Of a DNA stretch of 32,000 bases, positions 1 to 8,889 are shown piece by piece. How positions within the stretch are numbered: the stretch's first letter is position 1; every line of letters begins with the position of its first letter. The translations under genes and the position numbers were made by a program. Below the pieces are notes generated by a model. It made no database searches. It saw nothing but the letters and a program-made list of their open reading frames with translations, and was not told where the DNA came from. The DNA is from Nitratidesulfovibrio vulgaris str. Hildenborough (GTDB lineage Bacteria > Desulfobacterota > Desulfovibrionia > Desulfovibrionales > Desulfovibrionaceae), in contig NC_002937.3 of assembly GCF_000195755.1 (NCBI RefSeq), forward strand, positions 900,001 to 932,000, given 5' to 3'.

Positions 1-69
1 CGTCCCGCTGGTGGTGGCGGCGGCTTCGAAGGCCGCAGCATCGTCAGGCGTCGTCGTATCTCTGGACAT
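1..69 (-). CDS. 5' end of a minus-strand gene that runs out of the window (possibly GrpE N-terminus, from hrcA-grpE synteny only)
   Basis: ATG at 67-69 (minus) is preceded by an AAGGAGAA SD (plus 79-86). It reads MSRDTTTPDDAAAFEAAATTSGT and stays open to position 1. Only 23 codons are visible, so the product is inferred from the usual hrcA-grpE-dnaK order. Confidence 0.35.
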   Translation of the reverse strand, partial: MSRDTTTPDDAAAFEAAATTSGT

Positions 70-334
70 GTCGCGTCGTTCTCCTTGGCTATGATGCTTG
101 CGCCTCCGCCGTGCGGTTTCGCAGGGCCGGAGGCGAATGAAGCCGGTGTGCACCGCTACGAGGCGGGTACCGTCTTGAAATCTTGTCGTGCGCGCCTTCC
201 GCGATGCTCCGGGGCCGATGCGGAAGAACGCCTGCCGTCGTTCACGCCTTCAACGCGCTGCCGGGCAACCATGCTTCTGGCAGGACGGGCGGTTTGCCGT
301 GTCTTTCTGCACGGTCGAGCAAGCCTGCCCGTGC

Positions 335-1402
335 CTACCCAGTCGCGAACCGTTCGCGCAGCAGTTGCGTCAGCACTCGCGAGACGGCCCCCACAAGGGG
401 CAGTACCTTCCGGTAGTCCATGCGTACCGGGCCGATGACGCCGATGACCCCGAGCGGCGAGGCGCCGCCGTAAGGGGCGCTCACCATGCTGCAGCCGCGA
501 AGTCCGTCCGGTGCCCTTCGCTGTGCCCCACCGCTGACATCGTCGGGGTAGAAGGTCACATGCACGTCGTCTTCGAGGATGGTCCTGTCCAGCAGTTCCA
601 GCAGGCGGCTGCGTTCTTCGAGGGCGTCCATGAGTTCGCGCATCCTGCCCAGTTCGGCGAATTCCGCCTGGTCGAGGATGTTGCGCGTGCCGTTGACGTA
701 GAGTTCACGGTCGTCGTCGATGGAGTCGAGGGCGAGACTGCCCAGCGCAAGTGCCTGTGCGCACATGGCCTCGAGCTGTGCCCCGCCGCCGGAAAGTTCG
801 TGGTGGATGCTGTTGCGTATGCCCGAAAGGGTGTGCCCCCGGTAGTGGGCGTTGATGTAGTTGCCGAAGCGGACAAGTTCGTCGGACCCGAAGTGCGTGT
901 CATCGCGTACAAGGCGCGTCCGCACCATGCCCCCTTCGAGGACGAGGACGGCGAGGACGAGCCCCTCCCCTGCGGGGACGAAGTCGAGGCTGCGCAGGCG
1001 TGCCTCTGCCGGGCCGGGAGCCAATACCATGGACACCTGACGTGCATGCTCCGACACGAGGTTGCTGGCACGCCGTAACAGTGCCCCTACCTCGGGTTCG
1101 TGCCCGTGAAGAGCCTCGACCATGTGCAGGGGGGCTTCGTCGCGTCGGGCGGACTGGCGCAGCAGGGCATCGACATACAGCCTGAACGCCTTGGGGGTGG
1201 GAATGCGCCCTGCGGAGGTGTGCGGCTGTTCGAGGAAGCCCATGTCGGTGAGGTCGGACATGGTGTTGCGCATACTCGCCGGAGACAGTGCAAGGCCCGA
1301 ACGCCGCGACACCGTGCGTGAGCCTACGGGCGCAGCACTGGTGATGTAGCTTTCGATGATGGTGGTCAGGACGTGTGTCTCGCGTGAACCGAGGGCGCTC
1401 AT
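335..1402 (-). CDS. hrcA: Heat-inducible transcription repressor HrcA
   Basis: 355 aa. The N-terminal winged-helix segment RETHVLTTIIESYITSAAPVGSRTVSRR and the HTSAGRIPT motif are typical of HrcA. I chose the ATG at 1400-1402 over the track start at 1501 because homology begins there. Confidence 0.9.
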   Translation of the reverse strand: MSALGSRETHVLTTIIESYITSAAPVGSRTVSRRSGLALSPASMRNTMSDLTDMGFLEQPHTSAGRIPTPKAFRLYVDALLRQSARRDEAPLHMVEALHGHEPEVGALLRRASNLVSEHARQVSMVLAPGPAEARLRSLDFVPAGEGLVLAVLVLEGGMVRTRLVRDDTHFGSDELVRFGNYINAHYRGHTLSGIRNSIHHELSGGGAQLEAMCAQALALGSLALDSIDDDRELYVNGTRNILDQAEFAELGRMRELMDALEERSRLLELLDRTILEDDVHVTFYPDDVSGGAQRRAPDGLRGCSMVSAPYGGASPLGVIGVIGPVRMDYRKVLPLVGAVSRVLTQLLRERFATG

Positions 1403-1534
1403 GGCCGTTCTCCGTGCAGATGGCAGATTCCCCGAAGTGTCATGACGGGTAACAACGGGGTCGGGTGCTGTCAAGTGACCCGAGTGCAACACGCTGGACA
1501 TGCAGCACTTTTACGTCGCGTCCGGCGAATGGCG

Positions 1535-2020
1535 TCAACGCTGTACAAGGTCGGCGAGGGTCGAGAGCACATCCTCGGCGTGTCCTTCGAGTTTGACGGG
1601 CGACCAGACATGGCGCACCACCCCCTCGGGGTCGACGAGCAGCGTGGTGCGCACGATACCGAGCGATTCCTTGCCGTAGAGTCTCTTCATCTGAAGCACT
1701 CCATAGTGTTCGGCAACGCTCCGGTCTCGGTCGCTGAGCAGCGTGACGCCAAGGGAATGCTTCGCCGCGAAGTTGCACAGGGTCTTGGGGGTGTCGGGAC
1801 TGATGCCCACCACTGTGGCACCCAATGCCGTGAAGTCTGGGAGGACGGACGTGAACTCGACCCCCTCGCGCGTGCAGCCGGGGGTGTTGGCGCGAGGGTA
1901 GAAGTAGAGCACCAGCCACGTGCCAAGCCACGAGGCAAGCGTCCGTTGCGTCCCTTGCGCGTCGTCAAGCGAGAAGGGAGGGGCCGGTCTGTCCGTCAGG
2001 TCGATGGGGCGCATCTGCAT
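1535..2020 (-). CDS. bcp: Thiol peroxidase, Bcp/PrxQ-type peroxiredoxin (AhpC/TSA family)
   Basis: 161 aa with the peroxidatic Cys motif YFYPRANTPGCTRE. ATG at 2018-2020 is preceded by GAGGG. The track start at 2080 is an upstream extension. Confidence 0.85.
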   Translation of the reverse strand: MQMRPIDLTDRPAPPFSLDDAQGTQRTLASWLGTWLVLYFYPRANTPGCTREGVEFTSVLPDFTALGATVVGISPDTPKTLCNFAAKHSLGVTLLSDRDRSVAEHYGVLQMKRLYGKESLGIVRTTLLVDPEGVVRHVWSPVKLEGHAEDVLSTLADLVQR

Positions 2021-2204
2021 GGTGAACCCTCGTTGCGGGATGGGGATATGATGTGTCCGTCCAAAGGGATGGGCATGCACATCTTGTCACGCGCAGTGCC
2101 CTGCCTGTCAAGTCGGCTGCCCTCGCAAGCCGATGGGCTGTCTGTGGTGGCTGACGTAGCTGGCAGAAGACAGGCCGGGTCGGGCAGTTGCCGGACACCT
2201 GCCG

Positions 2205-4310
2205 TCAGGGAAGCAGGTTGCGTAATACGTCTCCCAAGCCCTGTACGGCCTTGCCGCCCGCTTCCGCCGGTTTTTCGATGACCTTCACGGCTTCCTTGAG
2301 GGTGTTGACCACCATGCGCGCGGGGTCGACGCCATATTGCGGGTCGGAGAGTCGGCCGTGGATGCGTATGGGGATGTCGGGCAACCCTTTGAGATGCAGT
2401 GTTGCCATGTAGCCGATGTTGTCGCCGGGAAGGTCGATGATGCCTTTCGCTTCGGCATTGGCCGAAGGTCCGCGCACCACGAGGTCGTCGTTGCGGATGA
2501 CTCCCTTGTCGGCTTCGAAGGTGCCGGTCAAAAGGTCGAAACGCTTGGCGTCGGTCTTGCCCTGCGTAGCAGATGCATCCTTGGGCACGGCGTCTCCCTC
2601 ATGAAGGACGATATCCCGCGCCACCAGACGTGCCCTGCCGGAGAGGGTGCGCATGATGTCGGACGTGCCTGTGCCTGCTGCACGGGTGTCACCTTTGACA
2701 TCGGCCTTGGCGTCGAACGTGCGCTTTCCGGTAAGCGCCGCGACGAGGGCGCCCGCATCGACGCCGCTGGCATCCACCGTGAGGGCATAGGAGGGCATGT
2801 CGGTGCGGATGTCGACCGATGCCTTGCCCCGGGTCGGCCCGCCGTAGAGACGGCACTGGAGAGGCGATGCGGTGAAGAGGCCTGCCTTCGCCGTCAGGCG
2901 GGTGGCGATGTCATGCATCACGAAGCCGGAGACGGACAGGCGGGTGCAGGAGATGTCCATGTCGAGATGCATCTTGCGCAACGTAGCGAGGACGGTGTCA
3001 TCCTTCGTGGCGGCAGGTTTGCCGGAGGCCTTGTCCGAGGTGGGGGATGCTGGCGGGGCATCTGCTTTGGGCTGGTCTGAAGGAGGGCCCGAGGCCGTGC
3101 CGGACGACTTCATCTTGTGCGCATCCTTGCCGGGGAGGTAACGGTCGATGTCGATGTCACCAAGGGCCACGGTCCCTTTCACAGGGGTGTCGCCCGAAAG
3201 CGGAATCAGGACGTCGCCTTTGAACGTGGTGCTGTCGATGCGGGCGTCCATGCCGGAGAGTTGCAGCTTTTGCCCTGCGACGTTGACATCGCCTTTGGCT
3301 GTGGCCTTATCCAGCGCGTCTGTCGCACGGGTGTCAAGAAGAATGCCGAATGCAGCCAGGCCTTTGCGGGGAGAGCCTTCTAGGGCGAAGGACAAGGACG
3401 CCTCGCGGGCTGCGGAGAGGCTGCCGTCGACGGTCGCCGTCATGAAGGGGGCTGTCAGGTTCATTCCCTCAATGGTCAGTCTCGCCGGTTGCCCCTCCTT
3501 CGCCGGGATGATGTTCAGCCGTCCGCGAAGCTGCGTCTGACCGACGGCTGCGGGAATGACCCCCGAGTGCGGGGTGATGGCGAGGGGGGCCAGTTCGAGG
3601 CTCACGCTGCCGTCGGCGCGGGGGGTCACCGTAGCGTCGAGGGCAAGCCCCGTGGAGAAGGTCGGTCGTTCCCCCGCAAGCACCAGCGAAAGGCCTACAG
3701 CGGCTTTCCCTTCTGCATCGAAGTCGGCGACGAAGTCGATGTCGCGAGCCCGTATGCTCTCGCCTGTGGCGATGTCGCGCAGGGATAGTGTGGCGTCGGC
3801 CAGTTCGAGGCGTTGCAGAGAAAAGGCGGGCCGGGGCACGTCCGGCATGGCGGAGGGGGTTGCGCCGGAATCCTTCTCTGAAGGGACGGGGGGGGGGATG
3901 GGGCGGCCTGCCGGAGGCGTCCAGTTGCCGTTACCGTCAGCGTCCCGCACGAGGTTGATGTGCAAGCCTTCAAGGCGGATATGGTCGAACTCCATTCTGC
4001 GGCTGAAGAGCGGGATGATGCGCAGACTTGCGTCCGCCTTGCCGATGGTCAGGAGGGGAGAGGCGTCGGCGAAGCCTTCGGGCGGCGCCACGGCGAGCCC
4101 TTCGAAATCCACGGCGAGTCTGGGCCACAGGCCCAGTGTCACGGGGCCCGAGATGGAGACGGAGCGTCCTGTCACCTCGGCAAGCGCTGTTGCGGCGCGG
4201 TTTCGCAGGGCTTCGGGGTCGAATGCCAGCCGGGCGGCCATCACCACGAAGAGGATGATGGCGATGATGGCTGCGAAGGTGAAGAGGGCGAAGCGCATGA
4301 GGCGGGGCAT
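2205..4310 (-). CDS. AsmA-family envelope protein (N-terminal membrane anchor, large periplasmic region)
   Basis: 701 aa. A TM anchor MPRLMRFALFTFAAIIAIILFVV is followed by a long beta-rich Ala/Gly/Thr/Asp region. The C-terminal segment GIIDLPGDNIGYMATLHLKGLPDIPIRIHGRLSDPQYGVD resembles the AsmA C-terminus. ATG at 4308-4310 has a GGAGA SD. Confidence 0.75.
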   Translation of the reverse strand: MPRLMRFALFTFAAIIAIILFVVMAARLAFDPEALRNRAATALAEVTGRSVSISGPVTLGLWPRLAVDFEGLAVAPPEGFADASPLLTIGKADASLRIIPLFSRRMEFDHIRLEGLHINLVRDADGNGNWTPPAGRPIPPPVPSEKDSGATPSAMPDVPRPAFSLQRLELADATLSLRDIATGESIRARDIDFVADFDAEGKAAVGLSLVLAGERPTFSTGLALDATVTPRADGSVSLELAPLAITPHSGVIPAAVGQTQLRGRLNIIPAKEGQPARLTIEGMNLTAPFMTATVDGSLSAAREASLSFALEGSPRKGLAAFGILLDTRATDALDKATAKGDVNVAGQKLQLSGMDARIDSTTFKGDVLIPLSGDTPVKGTVALGDIDIDRYLPGKDAHKMKSSGTASGPPSDQPKADAPPASPTSDKASGKPAATKDDTVLATLRKMHLDMDISCTRLSVSGFVMHDIATRLTAKAGLFTASPLQCRLYGGPTRGKASVDIRTDMPSYALTVDASGVDAGALVAALTGKRTFDAKADVKGDTRAAGTGTSDIMRTLSGRARLVARDIVLHEGDAVPKDASATQGKTDAKRFDLLTGTFEADKGVIRNDDLVVRGPSANAEAKGIIDLPGDNIGYMATLHLKGLPDIPIRIHGRLSDPQYGVDPARMVVNTLKEAVKVIEKPAEAGGKAVQGLGDVLRNLLP

Positions 4311-4463
4311 GACATTCTCCGTATGACCCGCGGCAGGCACGGGGTTGGCGGTATGATGGCAGGATAGGGGAGGCTGCGCCAGCATGCAAGCGTGGTTCTT
4401 GCAAGGTGGCAGCGGCGGACCTGGGTTCTGGCGTGGCGGCGGGTTTCAGGGTACACCGCTGCC

Positions 4464-6095
4464 ATGAAATCCCCCACTCCGGCCCTCATGCTGCAAGGCA
4501 CAAGTTCCAACGCCGGCAAGAGCATCCTCACGGCGGCGTTCTGCCGCATCCTCTTGCAGGACGGCTACCGCGTCGCCCCGTTCAAGGCCCAGAACATGGC
4601 ACTCAACTCGCACGTCACGGCTGACGGCCTTGAACTGGGTCGGGCGCAGGCCGTGCAGGCCGCGGCATGTCGTCTCGATGTGGACGTGCGCATGAACCCC
4701 GTACTGCTCAAACCCAATTCGGACACAGGTTCGCAGGTCGTCGTCATGGGGCGCCCCGTGGGGAACATGCGCGTGCGCGAATACATGGCCTACAAGCCGG
4801 TGGCCTTCGACGCTGCGCGCGCGGCCTACGACAGCCTTGCCGCCGACGTGGACGTGATGGTGCTCGAAGGGGCCGGAAGCCCGGCTGAAGTGAATCTCAA
4901 GGCCCACGATATCGTGAACATGGCCATGGCACGCCACGCAGAGGCCAAGGTCCTGCTGGTGGGCGACATCGACCGCGGGGGGGTCTTCGCTTCACTGGTG
5001 GGGACGATGGAACTGCTCGACCCGTGGGAACGCGACCTCGTGGCGGGGTTCGTGCTCAACAAGTTCAGGGGGGACGCCACGCTGCTGTCGCCGGCGTATG
5101 ATGTGGTGACCGGGCGCACGGGCAAGCCCTTTCTCGGTGTCGTGCCGTGGCTGCACGACCTCGGGCTGCCGGATGAGGATTCCGTCTCCTTCCGTGAGAC
5201 GCTGGCAGGCAGGGCACCTGACGTGCCAGCCGGAGGCGGGATGCTGGACATCGTTCTCGTCGACCTGCCGCACATAAGCAACTTCACCGACCTCGACGCA
5301 CTACGGCGTGAACCCGATGTGGCGGTACGGGTCGTCCGTTCGCCCGAACAACTGGGTAGCCCCGACGCCATCATCCTTCCGGGCAGCAAGAACACGCTGG
5401 GCGACCTCGCGGCGTTGCGCTCACGAGGCATGGCCGAGGCCCTTTGCGCGTTGCGCAGTGCTGAAGGGGGGCATCTCGGGCCAGTCATCGTCGGCATCTG
5501 CGGTGGGTTCCAGATGATGGGACGGTTTCTTGCCGACCCGCAGGGTGTGGAATCGGACCATGCCTGCACGGAGGCAGGGCTGGGCCTTCTGCCCGTGACG
5601 ACGGAGATGGGCAGTGCCAAGGTGCTGCGCCGTACCAGTGCCAAGACCGTCTCAGGCTGGTGCGGTGCTGGCGTGGCGGCGGGGTTGATGCCCGGAACGG
5701 GCGGCGGGCACGGTGGTGCGGAGGTATGCCCCGGCGAGGGCTACGCCGTCCATGGCTACGAGATTCATCACGGCGTCACGACGCCTGACGCGGGAGGGGG
5801 CGCCGTCCTCGTCTGCCTGCACGAGTCGGACGGCAGCCCGGCAGGGTGGACGACACCTGACGGGCAGGTGTGGGGAACCTACCTGCATGGCGTGTTCGAC
5901 GCCGATGGCTTCAGGCGCGGCTGGCTGGACGCACTGCGTGTCAGGCGGGGGCTTGAACCGGTCGGTCGCGTCGTGGCGCGCTACGACCTCGACCCGGCAC
6001 TCGACAGGCTTGCCGACGTGGTTCGCGAGGCGGTCGACATGGGGCACATCTACAGCGTGCTTGGGTTGTCCCCGAAAGGCCGAAGACAGACGTAG
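4464..6095 (+). CDS. cobQ: Cobyric acid synthase (CobQ/CbiP)
   Basis: 543 aa. The N-terminal motif is [13 protein letters not shown]. The C-terminal glutamine amidotransferase domain has ICGGFQMMG (nucleophile Cys) and GYEIHHG. I chose the ATG at 4464 because the track start at 4392 adds 24 non-homologous residues. Confidence 0.9.
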   Translation: MKSPTPALMLQGTSSNAGKSILTAAFCRILLQDGYRVAPFKAQNMALNSHVTADGLELGRAQAVQAAACRLDVDVRMNPVLLKPNSDTGSQVVVMGRPVGNMRVREYMAYKPVAFDAARAAYDSLAADVDVMVLEGAGSPAEVNLKAHDIVNMAMARHAEAKVLLVGDIDRGGVFASLVGTMELLDPWERDLVAGFVLNKFRGDATLLSPAYDVVTGRTGKPFLGVVPWLHDLGLPDEDSVSFRETLAGRAPDVPAGGGMLDIVLVDLPHISNFTDLDALRREPDVAVRVVRSPEQLGSPDAIILPGSKNTLGDLAALRSRGMAEALCALRSAEGGHLGPVIVGICGGFQMMGRFLADPQGVESDHACTEAGLGLLPVTTEMGSAKVLRRTSAKTVSGWCGAGVAAGLMPGTGGGHGGAEVCPGEGYAVHGYEIHHGVTTPDAGGGAVLVCLHESDGSPAGWTTPDGQVWGTYLHGVFDADGFRRGWLDALRVRRGLEPVGRVVARYDLDPALDRLADVVREAVDMGHIYSVLGLSPKGRRQT

Positions 6096-6112
6096 AGACA
6101 TGCCGCGTGTCG

Positions 6113-6150
6113 GAAAAGGGACGCGGACTTGTGGCGCCATCCGCGTCCCC
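6113..6150 (-). terminator. Rho-independent terminator after the 6158-6625 gene; may act on both of the convergent genes
   Basis: Perfect 10-bp stem GGGACGCGGA (6118-6127) / TCCGCGTCCC (6140-6149) with a 12-nt loop. On the minus strand it is followed by UUUU (plus 6114-6117). It lies between the convergent stops of cobQ and the 155-aa gene. Confidence 0.6.
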
Positions 6151-6157
6151 GGTCGGA

Positions 6158-6625
6158 CTACTGCTTGAATGTATCGAGTTTTTTTGCGATGTCGTCCGCG
6201 CTCTTGCGCAGAATGCTGCCGATATCCTGCATGACGAGGCGGGCGCGGAACAGGTTGAGTTGCAGCGTGTCGGTGAAGCCGAGGACATTCGAGCCTTCCG
6301 GCAGGGCCGTACCGCCTTCCGACAGTGCAGCGTGAACCAGTCTGCCATCCTGCACCACGAAGACGGTGGTGTCGCGCATGACTCCCGTATGTTCCTTGCG
6401 GATGTCGAGCGTGAGCACCACGCCCTCCCCCCTGCGCTCCTTGTTCGTGATGGTGCCTATGCTGCCGTCGGCCATGTAGACATTGTCATCGGCGAGGGCG
6501 GGCACGGTATCGAAGACAACCTTGTAGGGATGTTCGAAGAATCCGAGAAATGCGTGGGAGACGCCTGGTACGGCGAGCAAGGTGAGCAGTACGGCCATGC
6601 CGCAGATGGCGTGGAATCGTTGCAT
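6158..6625 (-). CDS. Small secreted/periplasmic protein of unknown function (weak MlaD/MCE-like impression)
   Basis: 155 aa. Signal peptide MQRFHAICGMAVLLTLLAVPGVSHA. ATG at 6623-6625 has a GGAGG SD. The rest of track ORF 6158..7378 is a shadow of the plus-strand gene. The family call is by-eye pattern only. Confidence 0.6.
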   Translation of the reverse strand: MQRFHAICGMAVLLTLLAVPGVSHAFLGFFEHPYKVVFDTVPALADDNVYMADGSIGTITNKERRGEGVVLTLDIRKEHTGVMRDTTVFVVQDGRLVHAALSEGGTALPEGSNVLGFTDTLQLNLFRARLVMQDIGSILRKSADDIAKKLDTFKQ

Positions 6626-6827
6626 GTATCCTCCGGTTACTTTCATGGAAGAGGAAGATACGCGAAAGAGGCCTTGCGTAGCAAGATGCGTATGTATTTC
6701 TCGGCAACGGGGGACTCTACTCCATAATAAGCTGTGACTGTTGTGCTTTTGCACGAGCGCTGATAGCGGGGAGAAAGGCGTGCGGCATCCGCCCGTTGCG
6801 CCTTCCTTCTGCGAGAGAGGTGCGGCT

Positions 6828-8576
6828 ATGCTGGAACTGGTCGTCTTCGTCAGCGGTGCCCTTGTGATGGTTCTCGAAATGGTCGGGGCAAGGGTGCTGG
6901 CCCCGCATCTCGGCACGTCGGTCATCGTCTGGACGAGTCTCATCGGCGTGGTGCTGGCGTGTCTGGCTGCGGGGGCGTGGCTAGGCGGACGGCTTGCCGA
7001 CAGGGCCGTGTCAGAGCGCGCACTTGCGCGCATTCTGGCAGCAGCGGGTGCTGGCACCCTTCTGACGGCCCTGCTGCACGGCATCGTGGGCGAGGCCATA
7101 TCAGAGAGGGTTCCCGACCTCAGGGCGGGAGCGGTCGTTGCCGCCATCATCCTTTTCGGAGGGCCCGCCACCCTCTTCGGCATGGTCGGCCCGTATGTGG
7201 CACGGCTGAGGCTTGCCGACATGCGCACTGCCGGGGCGACCGTGGGCAGGCTTTCCGCCCTTTCGACGGCGGGCAGCATCGTCGGCACCTTTCTTGGCGG
7301 TTTCGTACTGGTTTCGTACTTCGGTAGCACCCACATCCTTCTGGGGACGGGAGGTGGGATGGTCGCGCTGTCGCTCATGGCGTGTCGCAGCCGTCCCGCA
7401 GCACGGCTGCTCCTGCTTTGCGGGGTTGGCGCCTTGTTGTGGGCTACGGCGTCGTATGCGGCCTATGCGGAAGAAGCCACGGGGATACGCGTCGTGGAGA
7501 CGCCGTACAACCACATTCGCGTCTACGAGGGGCTCATGCCCGACGGGCTGCGGCTGCGATGCCTCGCCACTGACCCTGGGCGGATGCAGTCGGCCATGTA
7601 TCCCGACAGGCCCGATGAACTGGCGTTGCCCTATACCCGTTTCTTCGCGCTGGGGCCGTTGCTGGTGCCCGATGCTTCGAAGGTGCTGATGCTCGGAGGC
7701 GGGGCCTTCTCGGTGCCGCGCTGGCTTCTTGCCGGTGGTGGCGGGCTCGATGCGTCGCGCCTTTCCGTCGATGTGGTCGAACTCGACCCCGGCATGACGG
7801 CGGAGGCCCGCCGTTCGTTCGGCCTGACGGACGACCCGAGATTGCGTGTCTTCCATGAGGATGCGCGGGTCTTCTGCAATCGCAACCGGGAAAGGTACGA
7901 CCTTGTCCTTGTGGATGTGTTCGGTTCACACTACACGGTGCCCTTTCATGCGGGCACCGTAGAGGCTGCGCGTACCCTTCGGGCCGTGACACGCGATGAC
8001 GGTGTGCTGCTCATGAACGTCATCGCCGCCATGGATGGGGTCGACGGACGACTCTTTCGCGCCATCCGTGGGGCACTCGCCGCCCATTTCGCCGAGGTGC
8101 ATGTCTTCGCCGTGCGTGACAGCGAAGACCGGCACGGCGTGCAGAATCTCATGCTGCTTGCCCTGCCGGTGCCGCGGCCGGATTTCGCCCCGTACCTTGC
8201 GGACGTAGGTGAGCGAATCCGACATGCCGGGACGCCCACTGCGGCGGCGCGCGACGAGGTTCCCCATACGGGCGGGAACGGCATGGCGACCGTTTCCGGT
8301 GGCGTGGTGCCGGATGCCGCGATGCCGGATGCTGCGATGCCGGATGCTGCGATGCCGGATGCTGCGATTCCGGATGCCGCGATGCCGGACGGCGTCATGT
8401 TGGACAGCACCTCGGCATCCAGCCCGCATCCCGTCACGCATTTACCCGTCACAGACGTGGAGATGGTGCGACTTCTCGCCTCGCGTGTGCGCGCCCTGTC
8501 TCCGGACGACACACCGCCCCTGCGGGATGATTTCGCACCGGTTGAGCGGTACGCACTGGGGTTGTTGCGCAGGTAG
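6828..8576 (+). CDS. Membrane-fused spermidine synthase-like protein (polytopic N-terminal domain plus aminopropyl/methyltransferase-fold domain)
   Basis: 582 aa. The N-terminal ~220 aa carry multiple hydrophobic helices. The C-terminal half has SpeE-like motifs: VLMLGGGAFSVP (Gly-rich loop), VDVVELDPGM and DLVLVDVFGS. ATG at 6828 has a GAGAGAGG SD. Confidence 0.75.
   Translation: MLELVVFVSGALVMVLEMVGARVLAPHLGTSVIVWTSLIGVVLACLAAGAWLGGRLADRAVSERALARILAAAGAGTLLTALLHGIVGEAISERVPDLRAGAVVAAIILFGGPATLFGMVGPYVARLRLADMRTAGATVGRLSALSTAGSIVGTFLGGFVLVSYFGSTHILLGTGGGMVALSLMACRSRPAARLLLLCGVGALLWATASYAAYAEEATGIRVVETPYNHIRVYEGLMPDGLRLRCLATDPGRMQSAMYPDRPDELALPYTRFFALGPLLVPDASKVLMLGGGAFSVPRWLLAGGGGLDASRLSVDVVELDPGMTAEARRSFGLTDDPRLRVFHEDARVFCNRNRERYDLVLVDVFGSHYTVPFHAGTVEAARTLRAVTRDDGVLLMNVIAAMDGVDGRLFRAIRGALAAHFAEVHVFAVRDSEDRHGVQNLMLLALPVPRPDFAPYLADVGERIRHAGTPTAAARDEVPHTGGNGMATVSGGVVPDAAMPDAAMPDAAMPDAAIPDAAMPDGVMLDSTSASSPHPVTHLPVTDVEMVRLLASRVRALSPDDTPPLRDDFAPVERYALGLLRR
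8311..8400. repeat. 15-bp tandem repeat, 5 near-identical units plus 1 degenerate unit, in frame inside the 6828-8576 CDS
   Basis: The unit cggatgcYgcgatKc occupies 8311-8325, 8326-8340, 8341-8355, 8356-8370 and 8371-8385, with a degenerate copy at 8386-8400. It encodes PDAAM PDAAM PDAAM PDAAI PDAAM PDGVM. Confidence 0.92.
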
Positions 8577-8820
8577 GCGGAATAGGAGGCATAGGGAGAG
8601 TGGGCGTGCCCGTTGTGGCGCGTTCGCAACCGTTCTCATGCCATGCTCGACGCATCTGGTCGCGTGACATGTGCCACCCTAATTGTTGTCTGTACGGGGG
8701 AGGGGCTGCGCATTCCGGGCGTCACGCGGGTGGGCGATTGCCCGCCAGATGCGCCTGATGACGTCTGAAAGGACGGGGGCACGGCGACATGCCTTGCCCG
8801 GACAAGATGGGCACGAATCG

Positions 8821-8856
8821 ACACGGAGGGCACCGGAAAATCTGGGCCCTCCGTGT
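8821..8856 (-). terminator. Strong hairpin between convergent genes (possible terminator of the Isf-like gene, poor U-tract)
   Basis: Perfect 11-bp inverted repeat ACACGGAGGGC (8821-8831) / GCCCTCCGTGT (8846-8856) with a 14-nt loop. It lies 33 nt downstream of the minus-strand stop at 8890. No clear U run follows. Confidence 0.35.
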
Positions 8857-8889
8857 TGTCGGAAGATAGGCCGGAGCATTCCGATGGTG

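Noticed and set aside
174-180. CTTGAAA (a sigma32 -35-like heptamer) in the spacer between hrcA and the probable grpE gene.
   Set aside because: It is on the plus strand, so it points away from the minus-strand gene at 1-69. No CCCCATNT-like -10 follows at the correct spacing.
1465-1510. Possible CIRCE operator (TTAGCACTC-N9-GAGTGCTAA) upstream of hrcA. A half-site-like TCAGCACTC also occurs inside hrcA at 370-378.
   Set aside because: Upstream of hrcA I find only TTGCACTC followed after 9 nt by GACAGCACC, which matches 4 of 9 positions of the second half. The internal site has no partner half. No convincing CIRCE is visible by eye, and a PWM scan would be needed to be sure.
4311-4463. Possible cobalamin riboswitch in the divergent region upstream of cobQ.
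   Set aside because: Only 153 nt are shared with the asmA-like promoter. I could not find the conserved B12-box (AGYCMGGNGACCKGCC-like) or the GCCACUG core.
6626-7378. The N-terminal 250 aa of track ORF 6158..7378, and similar long upstream extensions of track ORFs at 8890..9879, 21203..22174, 23146..24000, 27439..29145 and 335..1501.
   Set aside because: The track takes the most upstream start. The extensions are Arg/Pro/Ser/Thr/Ala-rich, overlap other real genes or intergenic DNA, and lack an SD. In each case homology, or a signal peptide plus SD, begins at an internal ATG/GTG.
8311-8400. Whether the 15-bp tandem repeats could be a CRISPR-like array.
   Set aside because: The units are directly adjacent with no spacers, are only 15 bp long, and sit in frame inside a CDS. 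This is a coding microsatellite, not CRISPR.
8598-8780. Small Cys-rich plus-strand ORF (~55 codons from a GTG after AGGAGG-like sequence) in the gap between the SpeE-like and Isf-like genes.
   Set aside because: The composition is Arg/Gly/Ala/Cys-rich, typical of random high-GC frames. There is no recognisable motif and the spacing of the putative SD is poor.
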